From: a virus
Lineage: Duplodnaviria > Caudoviricetes
IMG/VR virus record: IMGVR_UViG_3300025639_000017
Location: 1 to 26,340 of that record
Length of the DNA: 26,340 nucleotides
Direction: 5' to 3' (one strand)
This document shows positions 7,501-17,020 of this stretch, piece after piece. Numbering within the stretch: the first letter of the stretch is position 1; each line of letters opens with the position of its first letter. Below the pieces are notes generated by a model. It was not told where the DNA came from and ran no database searches. It was given only the letters and a program-made list of their open reading frames with translations. The position numbers were made by a program, and so were the translations under genes.

Positions 7501-10049
7501 TGCCTGGTGTTGTTTTCCGACATTTCCTGTGTTGTTGAAGTAGTTTCCAGCTTCTCCTCAACACTTGTTTTTATGCGGTTGACGCTATCGACAGCGGGAT
7601 CAAGTAGCTCGTATAAATCGCTAAGCCTTTGTTTCGCGTAGTCTAGTTTTTGGGTACTGGCCTCAGACTGATTTGGGCCTGCCTGCTGGGCCTCAATCTC
7701 GAGGTCCGCCACCTTTTGTTGCTGCTTATCTATCCTAGTTTCTAGCTCACTTAGGTTCGACTCTGCTTTTATCAGATCACGTTCGTTCATGCCTGCAACG
7801 TCTGCCATGCCTGACTTGTTGGACTTGCTCTTTTGAACCCACGAGGCTTTTAAATTGCCCCATGTATAGGCGTTTCTACCCTTCCTCGACACGACTGTGC
7901 TGTCGGGCATGATGTTCTCGTCGAACACATAACCGAGATTGGCCATCTCTTGGGCCATGCGTTGAAAACCAGTTAATAAGAGTTGAGGATAATCAGCCTC
8001 GAAATCGACGGACTTCTCTTTGTTGTTAATCCGCATTCCTGCGTGTGCCATTTCCGTTGGGGATATCCTAGTGCGCTTGCCATCGGGTGCTGCAACTTGC
8101 ACTGTCCTATCAACACCGCCCTGTTTAGTGCCAGCCCGGGCTTTTTTAACACCCTCGTTTACAAGCTCGCTGACGTCTTCCCTGTCGTCCAACATCGAGG
8201 TCTCTTCAATGAACTCAAGGCCATCTTTTGTTACGACTTCGTACTGTTTGCCTGGGTTCTCTTCTTTGAGCTTGGCAACACGGTTATGGATCGATTTGCG
8301 GCCAGGTTTATAACCCTCGTTATTCTTACCCTTCCCGACGAGTGTTTCTTCCAGCCCGGCTTCGCGTAGGTCGTTGGCCCCTGCCTCTGCCTCGTTCATG
8401 GCTATCGTTTGCTCTGCCTGCAATTCTTCATCACGGGTGAGCGGGATAGTATTCGCGGTTTGGTGTTTGTTCAGTTCCTCACGCACAAGCTCTTGGAAAC
8501 GGTTCTGGCCCATCTTATCGGCACGAAGATTTAGTTCCTGTATGGCAGCTGCCGCTGATTCTTGTGTAGCTGGATCAGCCGCTAACAGCCCATCGCTTTC
8601 CACCTCTTGCACCATCGCGAGTAGGTCCACGATTGGAGCTTCCGCCATGTTCTCTTGGCTTAGGTCAGAGGCATCAAATGCCATGCCTGCTGATGTCGTA
8701 CTCCCGCTATCGAAAGATACCCCACCACTTAGGTCAGAGGGCATTGGGTTATTGTCTAATGCTGGTGTTGATGGTGCTGATGGCAGCTGTGGTAAGTCGG
8801 TGCCTTGTGGCGTTTGCCCATCGGGCGGTTGTTGCGATCTACGTTCGGCGAGGATATCACGCGTTTCTTGTACGGTATGTTTTGCCTGCTGTGCGACGTT
8901 GCCTACAGCCTTGCCCCCCATACCCAGTGCTCTGCCTGACATAAGACCTGCAAACGCAGCTTCTGACAACCGCATTGTTGCACTTTTTAAATCGTAGTTT
9001 GGGTCCTGGGCAAAACGCTGTGCGACCATAAGGCCTTCCTGCCCAGTCTCGGCGATGAGCTCGGAGATCCCCTGTTTCGCACCTGCTTTGACAACACCAC
9101 CTGTTAAGTTGCGTAGGTAGGCTCCTTTTTTGTAGTGGTCTGCCCCTGCTAGTTTCTTCACAGACTTGATGAATCTAGCCTCCGGTAATACGTCCATCAC
9201 CGCGAAAGGTACACCCATAGCAAACGCTAACTGGGCTGCGTCTTGCTCACCTACACCCGACTCCATTGATTCTTGGAATGAGGACGATACGCCTTGGATG
9301 TAACCCGAAGCGTGCGCACCCATCGATGCGCCCTTTGCCCTAGCCATGGCTTTTGATTTAGCCATCCGTTTTAGGGCATCTTGTGCCACTTCAGCCTGTA
9401 GTTTGGTCCCACGGCCTTTTCCATGCTCTACTATGGCGTCTCTTACGACACGCTTTAGCTGGTTCTTCGCGACAAGTCCGGTGACTGCTAATGGTGCGCT
9501 AGCCACACCGCCGGTTGTAAAACCACCCGCAACAAAACCACCCGCAGCCCATGCTAGCGAGTCGAGTGCAGACGGTAAGGCTTGGTTAACTGTGTAATTG
9601 GTGAGCTCACTAAAGTCCCCAAGTAGGTCTAGAGTGGATTTCGACCCATCGCCTTTATAAGCACTTGCAAGGTCACCTACGAAATCCTCAAACTTGACTA
9701 GGTGCTGTGTTACTCTACCAGCCCGCTCATCGATACTTTGAGCCCTGTCAAATAACTCGGCCCCCTCTTCGTCGTCTCCGACTGCAAAGTTAAATGCAGA
9801 TCGTGCGGTGAGGTATGAGGACTCCAACCCCATGAAACCCGCTTTTCTGCCAGCCGCGCCTGCGGAAAGGTTTGTGGGCGTGATCCCTGTGCCTTGGTCA
9901 ATATCCGTTTGTAATGAGCTGATCGACCCCGCCAATGATTCCCGTTCAGTGTACAGCTGTTTTAGCTGGTCAGCTTTCTTAGCCTCACCCTGGGATATTT
10001 GCCCACGGAGTTGCTCCCTTAGTGCTTTAAGCTCAGTTAGTGAGGCCAT
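4548..10049 (-). CDS. Large internal virion/DNA ejection protein with a zincin-like metallopeptidase motif (1833 aa)
   Basis: Largest ORF and last of the internal-virion cluster. It has Gly/Ala-rich hydrophobic N-terminal segments, coiled coils, HEMGH followed by EEWFAD, and a helical C-terminal region with hydrophobic segments. Confidence 0.8.
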   Translation of the reverse strand: MASLTELKALREQLRGQISQGEAKKADQLKQLYTERESLAGSISSLQTDIDQGTGITPTNLSAGAAGRKAGFMGLESSYLTARSAFNFAVGDDEEGAELFDRAQSIDERAGRVTQHLVKFEDFVGDLASAYKGDGSKSTLDLLGDFSELTNYTVNQALPSALDSLAWAAGGFVAGGFTTGGVASAPLAVTGLVAKNQLKRVVRDAIVEHGKGRGTKLQAEVAQDALKRMAKSKAMARAKGASMGAHASGYIQGVSSSFQESMESGVGEQDAAQLAFAMGVPFAVMDVLPEARFIKSVKKLAGADHYKKGAYLRNLTGGVVKAGAKQGISELIAETGQEGLMVAQRFAQDPNYDLKSATMRLSEAAFAGLMSGRALGMGGKAVGNVAQQAKHTVQETRDILAERRSQQPPDGQTPQGTDLPQLPSAPSTPALDNNPMPSDLSGGVSFDSGSTTSAGMAFDASDLSQENMAEAPIVDLLAMVQEVESDGLLAADPATQESAAAAIQELNLRADKMGQNRFQELVREELNKHQTANTIPLTRDEELQAEQTIAMNEAEAGANDLREAGLEETLVGKGKNNEGYKPGRKSIHNRVAKLKEENPGKQYEVVTKDGLEFIEETSMLDDREDVSELVNEGVKKARAGTKQGGVDRTVQVAAPDGKRTRISPTEMAHAGMRINNKEKSVDFEADYPQLLLTGFQRMAQEMANLGYVFDENIMPDSTVVSRKGRNAYTWGNLKASWVQKSKSNKSGMADVAGMNERDLIKAESNLSELETRIDKQQQKVADLEIEAQQAGPNQSEASTQKLDYAKQRLSDLYELLDPAVDSVNRIKTSVEEKLETTSTTQEMSENNTRQADNKQRQVDENGNPIIYSDRRPKNKPKPKSNPKKTINDSKRQRAEAQAAKDAEANSTGAEQQQRTSKNGTTAWGSVPDLFQNYIDAIKKTLNIGGDIHIVFRDEIDGTSIPTEVRASADTVLNKGAKAAAVSHGGAKYIVLNRTADNDYRQAEQIFILGHEMGHIVMWDMWDALPKAQQERLWKQFSKERLSKKAGSYTYTNDKKGFEEWFADQTSAWAKKQTEKPGHFTEAFFKKVAGQLATIWNRSRQFVRRELESGVSPKARGALRDMKERATLNETFDEFMDEVVGRNQGEVNFVMLDDTDATFGNSEPKPRKKVQATKRRSTSSNKDTNIVVPNFGDFERDPIALAIADLIDSKAVQRLTELMGEMWSSDIVSGMLKVTLSADQYARTRLGKHGPAFANLFYHRTQSRTRGEGDMLNKQHHALDKWNAQFAEVLGGDPKHAHKVLEEMQAGVTIDQSIDPKMRQQLANFFDRFHSEYLKKRIPKIGKIQNYFPVVYNIQAIHADPDAFLAELKKAGLNKRESQTIMRAMLENDGAFIEDIPNHEVFGPQFNAKMQRVLKNMDAKSLQDQDFYQDPLVAVQLYLKQATKHAEYNVVKDQAERLIQQMSPKQKAQAQKIVMGYLGRLGAHIDPKWNKYQSYMAALQFSTTLLYSVIASFTDIGNPIIRSKDMHGFKSAMGTWREYMSKQTRDEQILFAERVGAASREAVQEALHQAYNSEFIDPGARKWSDRYFRAIGLEQWTRMTRVISANMGRDFISHHAKKAAEGDKRSLRYLEELGLTPETVFKGYDVETDTLDLTTPEGEAVQEAILNFVDEAIIRPNAAHRPTWASDPRFMLIWQLKSFFYSFGQIVVGGVLRESKSRWKEGDKIGAMMSVGLMFGVLMPLAALALQTRELIKGALGKNGGGDDEGILGYLFELIDRTGILGPMSIIKMMSDAGDYGRSGVVTALGPTAGTLETFFTGDMGDLAKRLTPIYSQL

Positions 10050-10051
10050 GT

Positions 10052-12331
10052 TTATTGGTTCCCGGACTCGATTCCCTTGATCATAGCGTCAACGCTCGCG
10101 AACCTCTTTTTCTGATTCTCAAGTTTAGATGTGACTATGCCAGAACTGACTTCACTCGGGGTTTTTAACAAGTCCTCTAGGACCTCACGCACCGCAACCG
10201 AGCTAATTTCACTTATATTGAAGTCCCGATCAGCGTGCTGTTCGCCCATGTCGTCCCACAACTGGATGTTTCCGGTATTTGGGTCTAGGGAGAAGCTCTT
10301 TGTTACGCGATCCAATGGGTTATGCACGTCATCTTCGTCTGACCCTTTGGCCCAATCGTACGGCTGGAAGAGGCCGTATATTGACAGCTCATTTAACAAG
10401 TATTGGTTCAGGTTCTGCGACAGGAGATTTTGCTCCAATTGTGGCAGCGGGTTATCTTCTGTGGCCACGGACAACTGTTGGGTTAGACTCGTAATGGAAT
10501 CCTCGAGGTCTAGGCCGTCCTCGCCCTCGTTGTTGTGCATCGCAACCAATGCGCTTTGTACGTCCTGTGGTCTACCATCAGTAGGGTCATTAAATCTCCA
10601 CTGCTGCTTACCGTTGATATCCAGTGATACGACTGACCCATCGGCCAACGTTTTGATCGTAGGCTTGTCAGCGGCAGCTTGGTTTTTTAGCTCTTGAACG
10701 GCTAGGTCGCCTTGCTCGATGATCTGTTGTTTCATAAGACCAACAGAATCAGAGGAAAATACCCCCAAATCGAGCACGCGCTGAATAGACTCGCGGTCAA
10801 TGAAACCAAACGCTTCTAGTCGTTTAAGGTTAAATAGGGTTTTTGCATCAATCCCTTTTTGGGATGGCCTCAGATTATCTGCGATCTGTTGCGCTTGTTC
10901 TACCTTCTCGCCCGCAGTTTTAGGCATAGCCGCTTTGATCTGTGCTTCGACAGCGGCCTCTTTTGGCGTGCCAACGAAGGACATGGGCATCATCTCATTG
11001 GCGGTGGCGTTGTTTGCGGCTTTTTGCTGCCCTTCGGTCAGGTCAGTTGCTACCCTTCGCTCACCGTTTTTCAGCTGGGTCAAAGCGTCTATGGCTGTTT
11101 TATGCCTCGCCTGCTCCACTTTCTGCTCGTCAGTCAGCACCGTGTTTCTTTTCCCTCCTCTCCTTACAGTGGGAGGACGGATTTTTTTCATGTCTGCTTT
11201 ATGTTCGTTTATGGCGCGGTCAATTTGGGTGTCCGAAATTTGACCTAGGAACTCGGGGTCATAGGCGTCGACATCCTCAATGGTGTTAATGCTGGCCAAG
11301 GCTGTATTGATCACTGTATTACTACGACCGGGGGACCTTCCTTTTACGGGCTGTAGGTCTGGCGCAGCACCGTCGACTGTACCCAACGGTGCCGGGGTTA
11401 CCTGTACTGTCGATTGGTTAGTAGGGGCCTGGGTAGTGCCTGATTGCTCCAACTCGCCACCGAGTTCTATGGCGGTGCTTACCGTTTGGTTGTTAAGTAA
11501 ACCTGGGGGCTGGCCCGTAATCTGGCTGATGGTATCGGCCATACTTTGCGCAGCCGCCGGCATGGGCAAACCTTTTGCGTTAAAATAGGCGGCGTCGATT
11601 TGACTTTTAATGATGCCAAACGACTGGAGGTTTCCAGCGGATATTGGGTCACCCTGCTGCGCTGTTCTGTACTTGGACAGGTATACCTCTTTCTCAGGGT
11701 TTTTTGGGTCATACAACTGTATTACGTGCCTGCCGTCCTCAAGTGGGACGATACTCTTAACGAAGTAATCCTCACCTTCTGACCCTGAAAAAAGAGACTG
11801 TCGGATACCATCTTGGTTGAGCTGGTCGACGTAACGGGCTGTTAGCTCTGGGGTACTGAAAATCTGCTCTGCGCTAATTGGTTCATTACCCACAACAAAA
11901 TTCTCAAAATAGCTCGGGGCTGAATTTTCAATCCTCGATGCCTGTAGGGCCAGTGCATTGGTGTCATTTTCAATTTTTTGGCCTGCGGTTTGCGCACTGG
12001 CAAATTCAGTTTGTGTCTTAGTGAAATTAGTGTCCGCTTCGGTGCCTGCTAATGTAGCGGCTCGTTGTGGCTGAGCCTCCTTGTACACTTTCGCAGTGTG
12101 GTCCGAGGTCACCTTCGCCTGACGTTTGCTTTCGCCTAGGTTAGCGTAGTTGTATGCGAGATTCGTAGCATGTTCATTCCGGCGTTGCTCATGATCCACC
12201 CCGAACTGGCGTTTCTGCTCAGCGAATTGGCCCAGCTGTAACGCAAGGTTTGCCTCAAACTGCTTGTTCTGCAATTCCGCTTGTTGGCGACCCAAGACTG
12301 CGCCTAAAATCGGGTTATTGTATCCGGCCAT
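10052..12331 (-). CDS. Internal virion (ejection) protein (759 aa)
   Basis: Gln/Ala-rich coiled-coil N-terminus; position in the podovirus ejection-protein cluster; tight gene coupling. Confidence 0.7.
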   Translation of the reverse strand: MAGYNNPILGAVLGRQQAELQNKQFEANLALQLGQFAEQKRQFGVDHEQRRNEHATNLAYNYANLGESKRQAKVTSDHTAKVYKEAQPQRAATLAGTEADTNFTKTQTEFASAQTAGQKIENDTNALALQASRIENSAPSYFENFVVGNEPISAEQIFSTPELTARYVDQLNQDGIRQSLFSGSEGEDYFVKSIVPLEDGRHVIQLYDPKNPEKEVYLSKYRTAQQGDPISAGNLQSFGIIKSQIDAAYFNAKGLPMPAAAQSMADTISQITGQPPGLLNNQTVSTAIELGGELEQSGTTQAPTNQSTVQVTPAPLGTVDGAAPDLQPVKGRSPGRSNTVINTALASINTIEDVDAYDPEFLGQISDTQIDRAINEHKADMKKIRPPTVRRGGKRNTVLTDEQKVEQARHKTAIDALTQLKNGERRVATDLTEGQQKAANNATANEMMPMSFVGTPKEAAVEAQIKAAMPKTAGEKVEQAQQIADNLRPSQKGIDAKTLFNLKRLEAFGFIDRESIQRVLDLGVFSSDSVGLMKQQIIEQGDLAVQELKNQAAADKPTIKTLADGSVVSLDINGKQQWRFNDPTDGRPQDVQSALVAMHNNEGEDGLDLEDSITSLTQQLSVATEDNPLPQLEQNLLSQNLNQYLLNELSIYGLFQPYDWAKGSDEDDVHNPLDRVTKSFSLDPNTGNIQLWDDMGEQHADRDFNISEISSVAVREVLEDLLKTPSEVSSGIVTSKLENQKKRFASVDAMIKGIESGNQ

Positions 12332-12332
12332 T

Positions 12333-13112
12333 TTACATCCCCATCCCGAAAATTGTTCCTATTGCATTCATGTTGGCAGCGTGTGCGCTCGCCCTATCCC
12401 GTTGGTATGCGGCTTCTCTTGATGCATCCATACCAGCGGCAGACCCTAGCCCATCCATCGCCACTTTTAGCTGTTCTTTGCCTATGCCCATAAGGGATGC
12501 TTTGAGACCTAAGTTCCTGTCGCGCTGATCGATGGCGGAGTTATTAACTGCGCCCGCATACGATGCCGAATCGCCCAACGAACTCATGCGTTTTGACGCG
12601 GCCAGTTGGGCAGGCGTCATAGTTGCGCCGTAACGACTCATTGTGCGTTGTTGTATATCCGACGACACTTGCTGACCTAAAACTTGAGACTTCTTGGCTG
12701 AGTCGATTATTGCTGTGCTGTCCGTGTCGGCCAACATGCCTTCTTCCATCTCGCCGTACGTCTCTAGGTAGTTCTTGAGCTCATCACGGGTGATGCTGGC
12801 TAATGTGTCGCCTGCGCTTGGTCCTGACTCAACTGCGGACGCCACTTGTTGGCCGCCGCCGCTGTTGCCACCGCTGCTGTTGCCACCATTGCGCGCATTG
12901 GCCGCGTCAATTTGGGGTTTGCGGGCAGCACTCACGCGCTCTGCCTCGGACATAGCGCTCCAAGATGAGTCTCCGCTCATTGCGGCTTCGTGCGAACGTA
13001 GACTGTATTCGTCCTTTGCAGCGTCGTTCATGCCATATATTGTTTGGTTTACGAAACGGTCTTTAGGACTTTTAGACGTTTTTCCGAGTTCGTACTCTTT
13101 CACTTGCGCCAT
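12333..13112 (-). CDS. Internal virion/pilot-like protein (259 aa)
   Basis: Ala/Gly/Ser/Met-rich, helical, ends in a Gly-rich hydrophobic tail (NAIGTIFGMGM); cluster position. Confidence 0.65.
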   Translation of the reverse strand: MAQVKEYELGKTSKSPKDRFVNQTIYGMNDAAKDEYSLRSHEAAMSGDSSWSAMSEAERVSAARKPQIDAANARNGGNSSGGNSGGGQQVASAVESGPSAGDTLASITRDELKNYLETYGEMEEGMLADTDSTAIIDSAKKSQVLGQQVSSDIQQRTMSRYGATMTPAQLAASKRMSSLGDSASYAGAVNNSAIDQRDRNLGLKASLMGIGKEQLKVAMDGLGSAAGMDASREAAYQRDRASAHAANMNAIGTIFGMGM

Positions 13113-13122
13113 GGTATCTGCC

Positions 13123-13713
13123 TTATGATAATTTCTTTAACTGGGCGATCAGTTCGTCCGTTTTTGAAGTGTCGAATGGGTTGGCTTTTCTATACATGCC
13201 TGCTCCTAGGTCCATCCCGAACGCCGTATTGGTGTCCTGCATACTGCTCGATGCTTGCGCCTTGGCTATGAGTTCCTGGTTGTCAGCTCTAGCTGCGGTG
13301 GATAGACCTGCCATGGCAGACGTTCTGCCACCCTGCCCCACGCGCAATGCGCCTAGCTGGGCCTTATCTTTGACGTCCTGCGCCGTACTCGTGGCTGATA
13401 TTAATGCACCCCCCAGAGCGTTGGTTTGCGCAACACCCTGTTTGGATTGGCCCATCATAGAGCGACCGCTGCCAAAGCCCCCGCTAGAATTAGAAGTACC
13501 CAAGCCTGCACCTTGACTGCCAGAAAAGGCTTGAGCTGAGTCAGCATTAGCTCGACCACCAAGGACGCCAGAAACATCGCGCCCAGACTCCTTAACAAAA
13601 CCCGCTTCAAGGGGGCGGTAAAGGTCTTTATGGCGGTCAGATATCGTGAGGGCGTTCTCGACTGTTGCTTTTTCATATTCACTTGGTGGTGCTTTTTTTG
13701 CTGAATTACCCAT
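13123..13713 (-). CDS. Internal virion protein (196 aa)
   Basis: MG-S-K-APP-type N-terminus and Gly/Ala/Ser-rich body typical of the first small ejection protein; overlaps the upstream gene. Confidence 0.65.
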   Translation of the reverse strand: MGNSAKKAPPSEYEKATVENALTISDRHKDLYRPLEAGFVKESGRDVSGVLGGRANADSAQAFSGSQGAGLGTSNSSGGFGSGRSMMGQSKQGVAQTNALGGALISATSTAQDVKDKAQLGALRVGQGGRTSAMAGLSTAARADNQELIAKAQASSSMQDTNTAFGMDLGAGMYRKANPFDTSKTDELIAQLKKLS

Positions 13714-14140
13714 TATTCTTTACCTGACATCGATAAGTTACGCAGACAGGTGAGAAACCTAGTTCCTTAACCCGTCTACCCCAACCCAAACGGGCTGAGT
13801 TAAATTCAATACGTTCGACGCCGATTTTGGCAGCTAGGTCATACCCTGCGGCAACAGCCTCGGCGAACACGTTCATTCCCTGGCGTAACCAAAGGTGGTC
13901 GATCATTAGCGTGGGGGCCCGCTCGTACCCTGAATCATATTGGCTGAGTATTGCAAAACCATAACGATCTGCTCCGTCCTCAACCCAATACAAATGGATC
14001 TCACCTGCCATCAATTGGTGATAGATGTCAGCAGGCAAAAACTCCGCCCCCACTTTACGGATGATCTCCATCATCCCGCCGTGGAAGTATTCATAATTTT
14101 TACGGATACTGGCTTTTGTTGCAGGGACGAGTTCTACCAT
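13706..14140 (-). CDS. GNAT-like (acetyltransferase-fold) protein (144 aa)
   Basis: LMIDHLW...G.ERIEFNSARLGWGRRVKELGF pattern; in podoviruses such genes commonly precede the ejection proteins. Confidence 0.6.
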   Translation of the reverse strand: MVELVPATKASIRKNYEYFHGGMMEIIRKVGAEFLPADIYHQLMAGEIHLYWVEDGADRYGFAILSQYDSGYERAPTLMIDHLWLRQGMNVFAEAVAAGYDLAAKIGVERIEFNSARLGWGRRVKELGFSPVCVTYRCQVKNNG

Positions 14141-14766
14141 TACAGACCTCCGTACCGGACCGTCCGTCGGGTTGGACCTCGCCGACCATCAGCCCTGCTT
14201 TTTGCGTCGCGGATATGAGCCTCAAACTCCATTTCGTGTTTCATTGCACGTTGTGGGTTGGCCCATGGCATGTCTTGTGAGTTGAATAAATTAGCCAAAG
14301 CACCCGCCATAATGCCGTCGACATAGTCTTCGACAAAATCTGTTTGGACGCTTGTGGCGGTCAGCGTAGGTTTTAGCGACACAGACATGCTGACAGCATC
14401 GTCCGACTTTATCGGTACGGGCACCAAATGCAGTGTCTTACTGCTCGCTCGTATATAACTTGTCGGTGTAGACTGTTCAGTCCGCCACATTGGGTTGGCG
14501 TGGGTTGCCCCCTGCTCCGTGTCGGGTTCCAGTTCTTTTTGGGCTACGGTTACAGATAGGATTTCGACAACACTCGTCTTACTAGGAAGGTCGAAGTCAT
14601 ACTCATACTCGCCCGCATAGGTGTCGATTGGATCGAGGTTTGCGCGATAGGCACCACTGCGTTTACAGAAACTACGCACCGCGTCTTTAATAGCCTTTTC
14701 CACTACAAACTCAGGACAGCCTGCTATGTGGTAAGGGAGAAGGCCAACCATATCTTTGTAGTTCAT
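14140..14766 (-). CDS. Head-tail adaptor-like/neck protein 2 (208 aa)
   Basis: GCPEFVVEKAIKDAVRSFC N-terminus, LHLVPVP, and a C-terminal GALANL...PWANPQRA; position after the first adaptor. Confidence 0.65.
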   Translation of the reverse strand: MNYKDMVGLLPYHIAGCPEFVVEKAIKDAVRSFCKRSGAYRANLDPIDTYAGEYEYDFDLPSKTSVVEILSVTVAQKELEPDTEQGATHANPMWRTEQSTPTSYIRASSKTLHLVPVPIKSDDAVSMSVSLKPTLTATSVQTDFVEDYVDGIMAGALANLFNSQDMPWANPQRAMKHEMEFEAHIRDAKSRADGRRGPTRRTVRYGGL

Positions 14767-14775
14767 AAGCTACTC

Positions 14776-15435
14776 CTAAACTATTTGAGTTGCCTCGGTC
14801 TGTACATTAGGACTCGAAAAACCGTCCGCTTGCGTCTTCATGCCTAGACTCGTTGTGAATAGCTGGTAGTGCTGACCGCTTCGTTGTGCATTACCCGCAT
14901 GGTCGCTGTCCTTGCCATAGGCGCGGAACAACACATAATCGAGTAAACCGTTTGCATATACATCGGGAATGCTGATGTCGCCTCCCGAGGTTACAGGTGT
15001 AGGTGTTGCCGCGTAGATAACTTCAAGGTAGCCACCGCCAGTATTAGGCGGGTACACATAGTAGTTGGTGGGGTCCAGGTCATCGAACATGTAATGCTTC
15101 ACGTTCGCAGTGGCCGTTTCGCTATGCCAATCCGGCAGCTGGGTGTCAAGCACCTCACGATCAATAATGCGCACTGCTCGCGCGCCTCCGCCTGATGCAC
15201 TCATATTCCGAACGATACGCAACAGGCCTAAACCTGATGCAGGGATCGACTGCTTGGTGCCACTCGACAGTGTTAGTGTCTCGTTTTTCGCGCCAACAGA
15301 TGGTTTGAACAGGCAAACTTCACGCTGACCATCATTAATCCAATCGAGCAGTTCAGCGGTCGGCCAACGTACACCCGTCGTGTCTTGGATCAGTACCTGT
15401 GCTCGGTTAATAATACTATCGACTGGTACAGTCAT
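14776..15435 (-). CDS. Head-tail adaptor protein (DUF6682-like, 219 aa)
   Basis: IINRAQVLIQD...RW...ELLDWINDGQRE, YYVYPP and LLDYVLFRAYGKDSD motifs of podoviral adaptor proteins. Confidence 0.75.
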   Translation of the reverse strand: MTVPVDSIINRAQVLIQDTTGVRWPTAELLDWINDGQREVCLFKPSVGAKNETLTLSSGTKQSIPASGLGLLRIVRNMSASGGGARAVRIIDREVLDTQLPDWHSETATANVKHYMFDDLDPTNYYVYPPNTGGGYLEVIYAATPTPVTSGGDISIPDVYANGLLDYVLFRAYGKDSDHAGNAQRSGQHYQLFTTSLGMKTQADGFSSPNVQTEATQIV

Positions 15436-15815
15436 TACATTTCCCCAATTACAGCCCAGGCTGTGTCGCGTTGCTTAGAAGTGATGTCGTAGCCCAGGAT
15501 CTTTTCGATACTGCGGACCCTAGGTTCACCATTTTTTGAGAAGGCTTTATCGTCGCCCTTGTTCATCAGTTGCTCAATTGCAGCCGCGATTTCCATGGCG
15601 CGGTCCTCTTCTGAGACCTCATCCATTTCAACTGCGAGTGGCGCAGGTTCAGCAACTGATTTGTTAATCTGTGGTTGTTTGCCCACTGGGTATGCACCAG
15701 CAGCAATACATTCGTCCACTATAAGTGGGGGGACTTCTTGCGCTACGCCAGCCTCAAACCAAACGGATTGTCCGCTTAGAGAAGCAATGTGCAGTGCCTT
15801 ATCAGAAATCAACAT
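15435..15815 (-). CDS. Conserved hypothetical virion-associated protein (126 aa)
   Basis: RBS GGAG at 15824-15827; C-terminal F-K-GEP...LG..IT...RD.AW helical motif; immediately downstream of the capsid gene. Confidence 0.75.
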   Translation of the reverse strand: MLISDKALHIASLSGQSVWFEAGVAQEVPPLIVDECIAAGAYPVGKQPQINKSVAEPAPLAVEMDEVSEEDRAMEIAAAIEQLMNKGDDKAFSKNGEPRVRSIEKILGYDITSKQRDTAWAVIGEM

Positions 15816-15827
15816 AATAAAAACTCC

Positions 15828-15855
15828 AAAAAGCCCCCGACGCTAGGCCGGGGGA
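15828..15855 (-). terminator. Rho-independent terminator after the major capsid gene
   Basis: Minus strand CCCCCGGC-CTAGC-GTCGGGGG-CTTTTT just after the capsid stop codon. Confidence 0.75.
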
Positions 15856-15870
15856 AGAGGCCCTATTGGG

Positions 15871-16980
15871 TTACAGCGCGGTGTCTAATGCGATCACACC
15901 AAAGTCTTGGGTGTCGCCAGTTACCATGCTGGTGTACTTAGGCTTACGGAAGCCTAAAATCTTACCTACGGAGATACCATGCTGGTTACCGTAGTCATAG
16001 GTTTCTTCAACCCAGTCTGCATCGTTGATGTCGGCTAATGCCAATGCCTGTGCACCACAGAACAAAGCGCGTTGACCGTCTACTGTGCCAGTAGCACCAA
16101 ACTTAGAACCAGACGCTTCACCAGAGGTGTCGTATACATGGCGGAATTCGTGAACCATCACGCCGTCTACCATTACGCTTGAAGTACCGGAGAACAAACC
16201 GTTGCCTGAACCTCGAACACCTGCGTTACGAACGTTAGCCAAGAAGTCAGAATCTAACTTCAGATCAGCCATACCTTGTGGGGTGACGAACATGTGGAAC
16301 ATCTCTTCACCACCTTTACCACGCACACCACGGATGTAGTGGTCTTTGGCATAAGCTTTAAGGTTCACAATAGTCTTGTAACCCATGATGTCAGAAGCAG
16401 TTAGGTTGCCTGTAGATACAGTACCGTCAGCTTTAGCGATCAAATGACGCTTGCTGGTTGGCGCAGTTACGTCACCGGCGTATTCCATGTCACCCAAGTT
16501 TTGGCCAGTTGCGTTTACAGCACGAGTACCACCGTTGTTCTTCTTGGTATATGCCAAGCCAGACAAGGTTAAAAATGCTACTTGGTCCATACGGTCAGCG
16601 ATCCAGTACGCCAAGGCGTCCTTAGAGGCTTCACGGAAATTAACGATGGACTTCTGGTCAGCCAAACGGCCAGCCAAACGGTTTGCGTTACGCAATTGGT
16701 CAATGCGAACAATGATGTCAGAGCTAGATAGCGCTTCTTCATTGCCTTCCAATGTGTAGTCGCCTACAACACCGTCGCCAGACAAATCGGCAAGTAGAGT
16801 TAAAACAGCGCGTGCGCCCTTCTCACTCTTGGTTAAGTCAGTGATACGCTGAACCATGGCGTTAGAGCCAGTGCCTGCGAATTGGTTGATGAAGGAAGCA
16901 TTTCGAGCTGCTTTCCAAAAATCACGGGACCATACGGTCTTTTGCTCTGAAGTCAGAGCGGCAAAATTAGTTAATGCCAT
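15871..16980 (-). CDS. Major capsid protein, N4-gp56/DUF4043 family (369 aa)
   Basis: MALTNFAALT...WSRDFW, LTKSEKGARAVLTLLADL.GDG..GD.TLEGNEE and C-terminal DFGVIALDTA; RBS GAGGT; strongly biased codon usage. Confidence 0.93.
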   Translation of the reverse strand: MALTNFAALTSEQKTVWSRDFWKAARNASFINQFAGTGSNAMVQRITDLTKSEKGARAVLTLLADLSGDGVVGDYTLEGNEEALSSSDIIVRIDQLRNANRLAGRLADQKSIVNFREASKDALAYWIADRMDQVAFLTLSGLAYTKKNNGGTRAVNATGQNLGDMEYAGDVTAPTSKRHLIAKADGTVSTGNLTASDIMGYKTIVNLKAYAKDHYIRGVRGKGGEEMFHMFVTPQGMADLKLDSDFLANVRNAGVRGSGNGLFSGTSSVMVDGVMVHEFRHVYDTSGEASGSKFGATGTVDGQRALFCGAQALALADINDADWVEETYDYGNQHGISVGKILGFRKPKYTSMVTGDTQDFGVIALDTAL

Positions 16981-17002
16981 GAGTATTTACCTCTTAAAAT
17001 AA

Positions 17003-17019
17003 TATAAGTACTGCTTATA
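17003..17019. promoter_or_regulatory. 17-bp palindrome copy 2 (TATAAGTACTGCTTATA)
   Basis: One mismatch to copy 1; 22 nt upstream of the capsid ATG, just before the RBS. Confidence 0.7.
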
Positions 17020-17020
17020 A

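Noticed and set aside
4548-10049. N4-type virion RNA polymerase
   Set aside because: The protein is about half the size of N4 vRNAP and I could not identify polymerase catalytic motifs; an N4-gp56-family capsid alone does not imply an N4-like phage.
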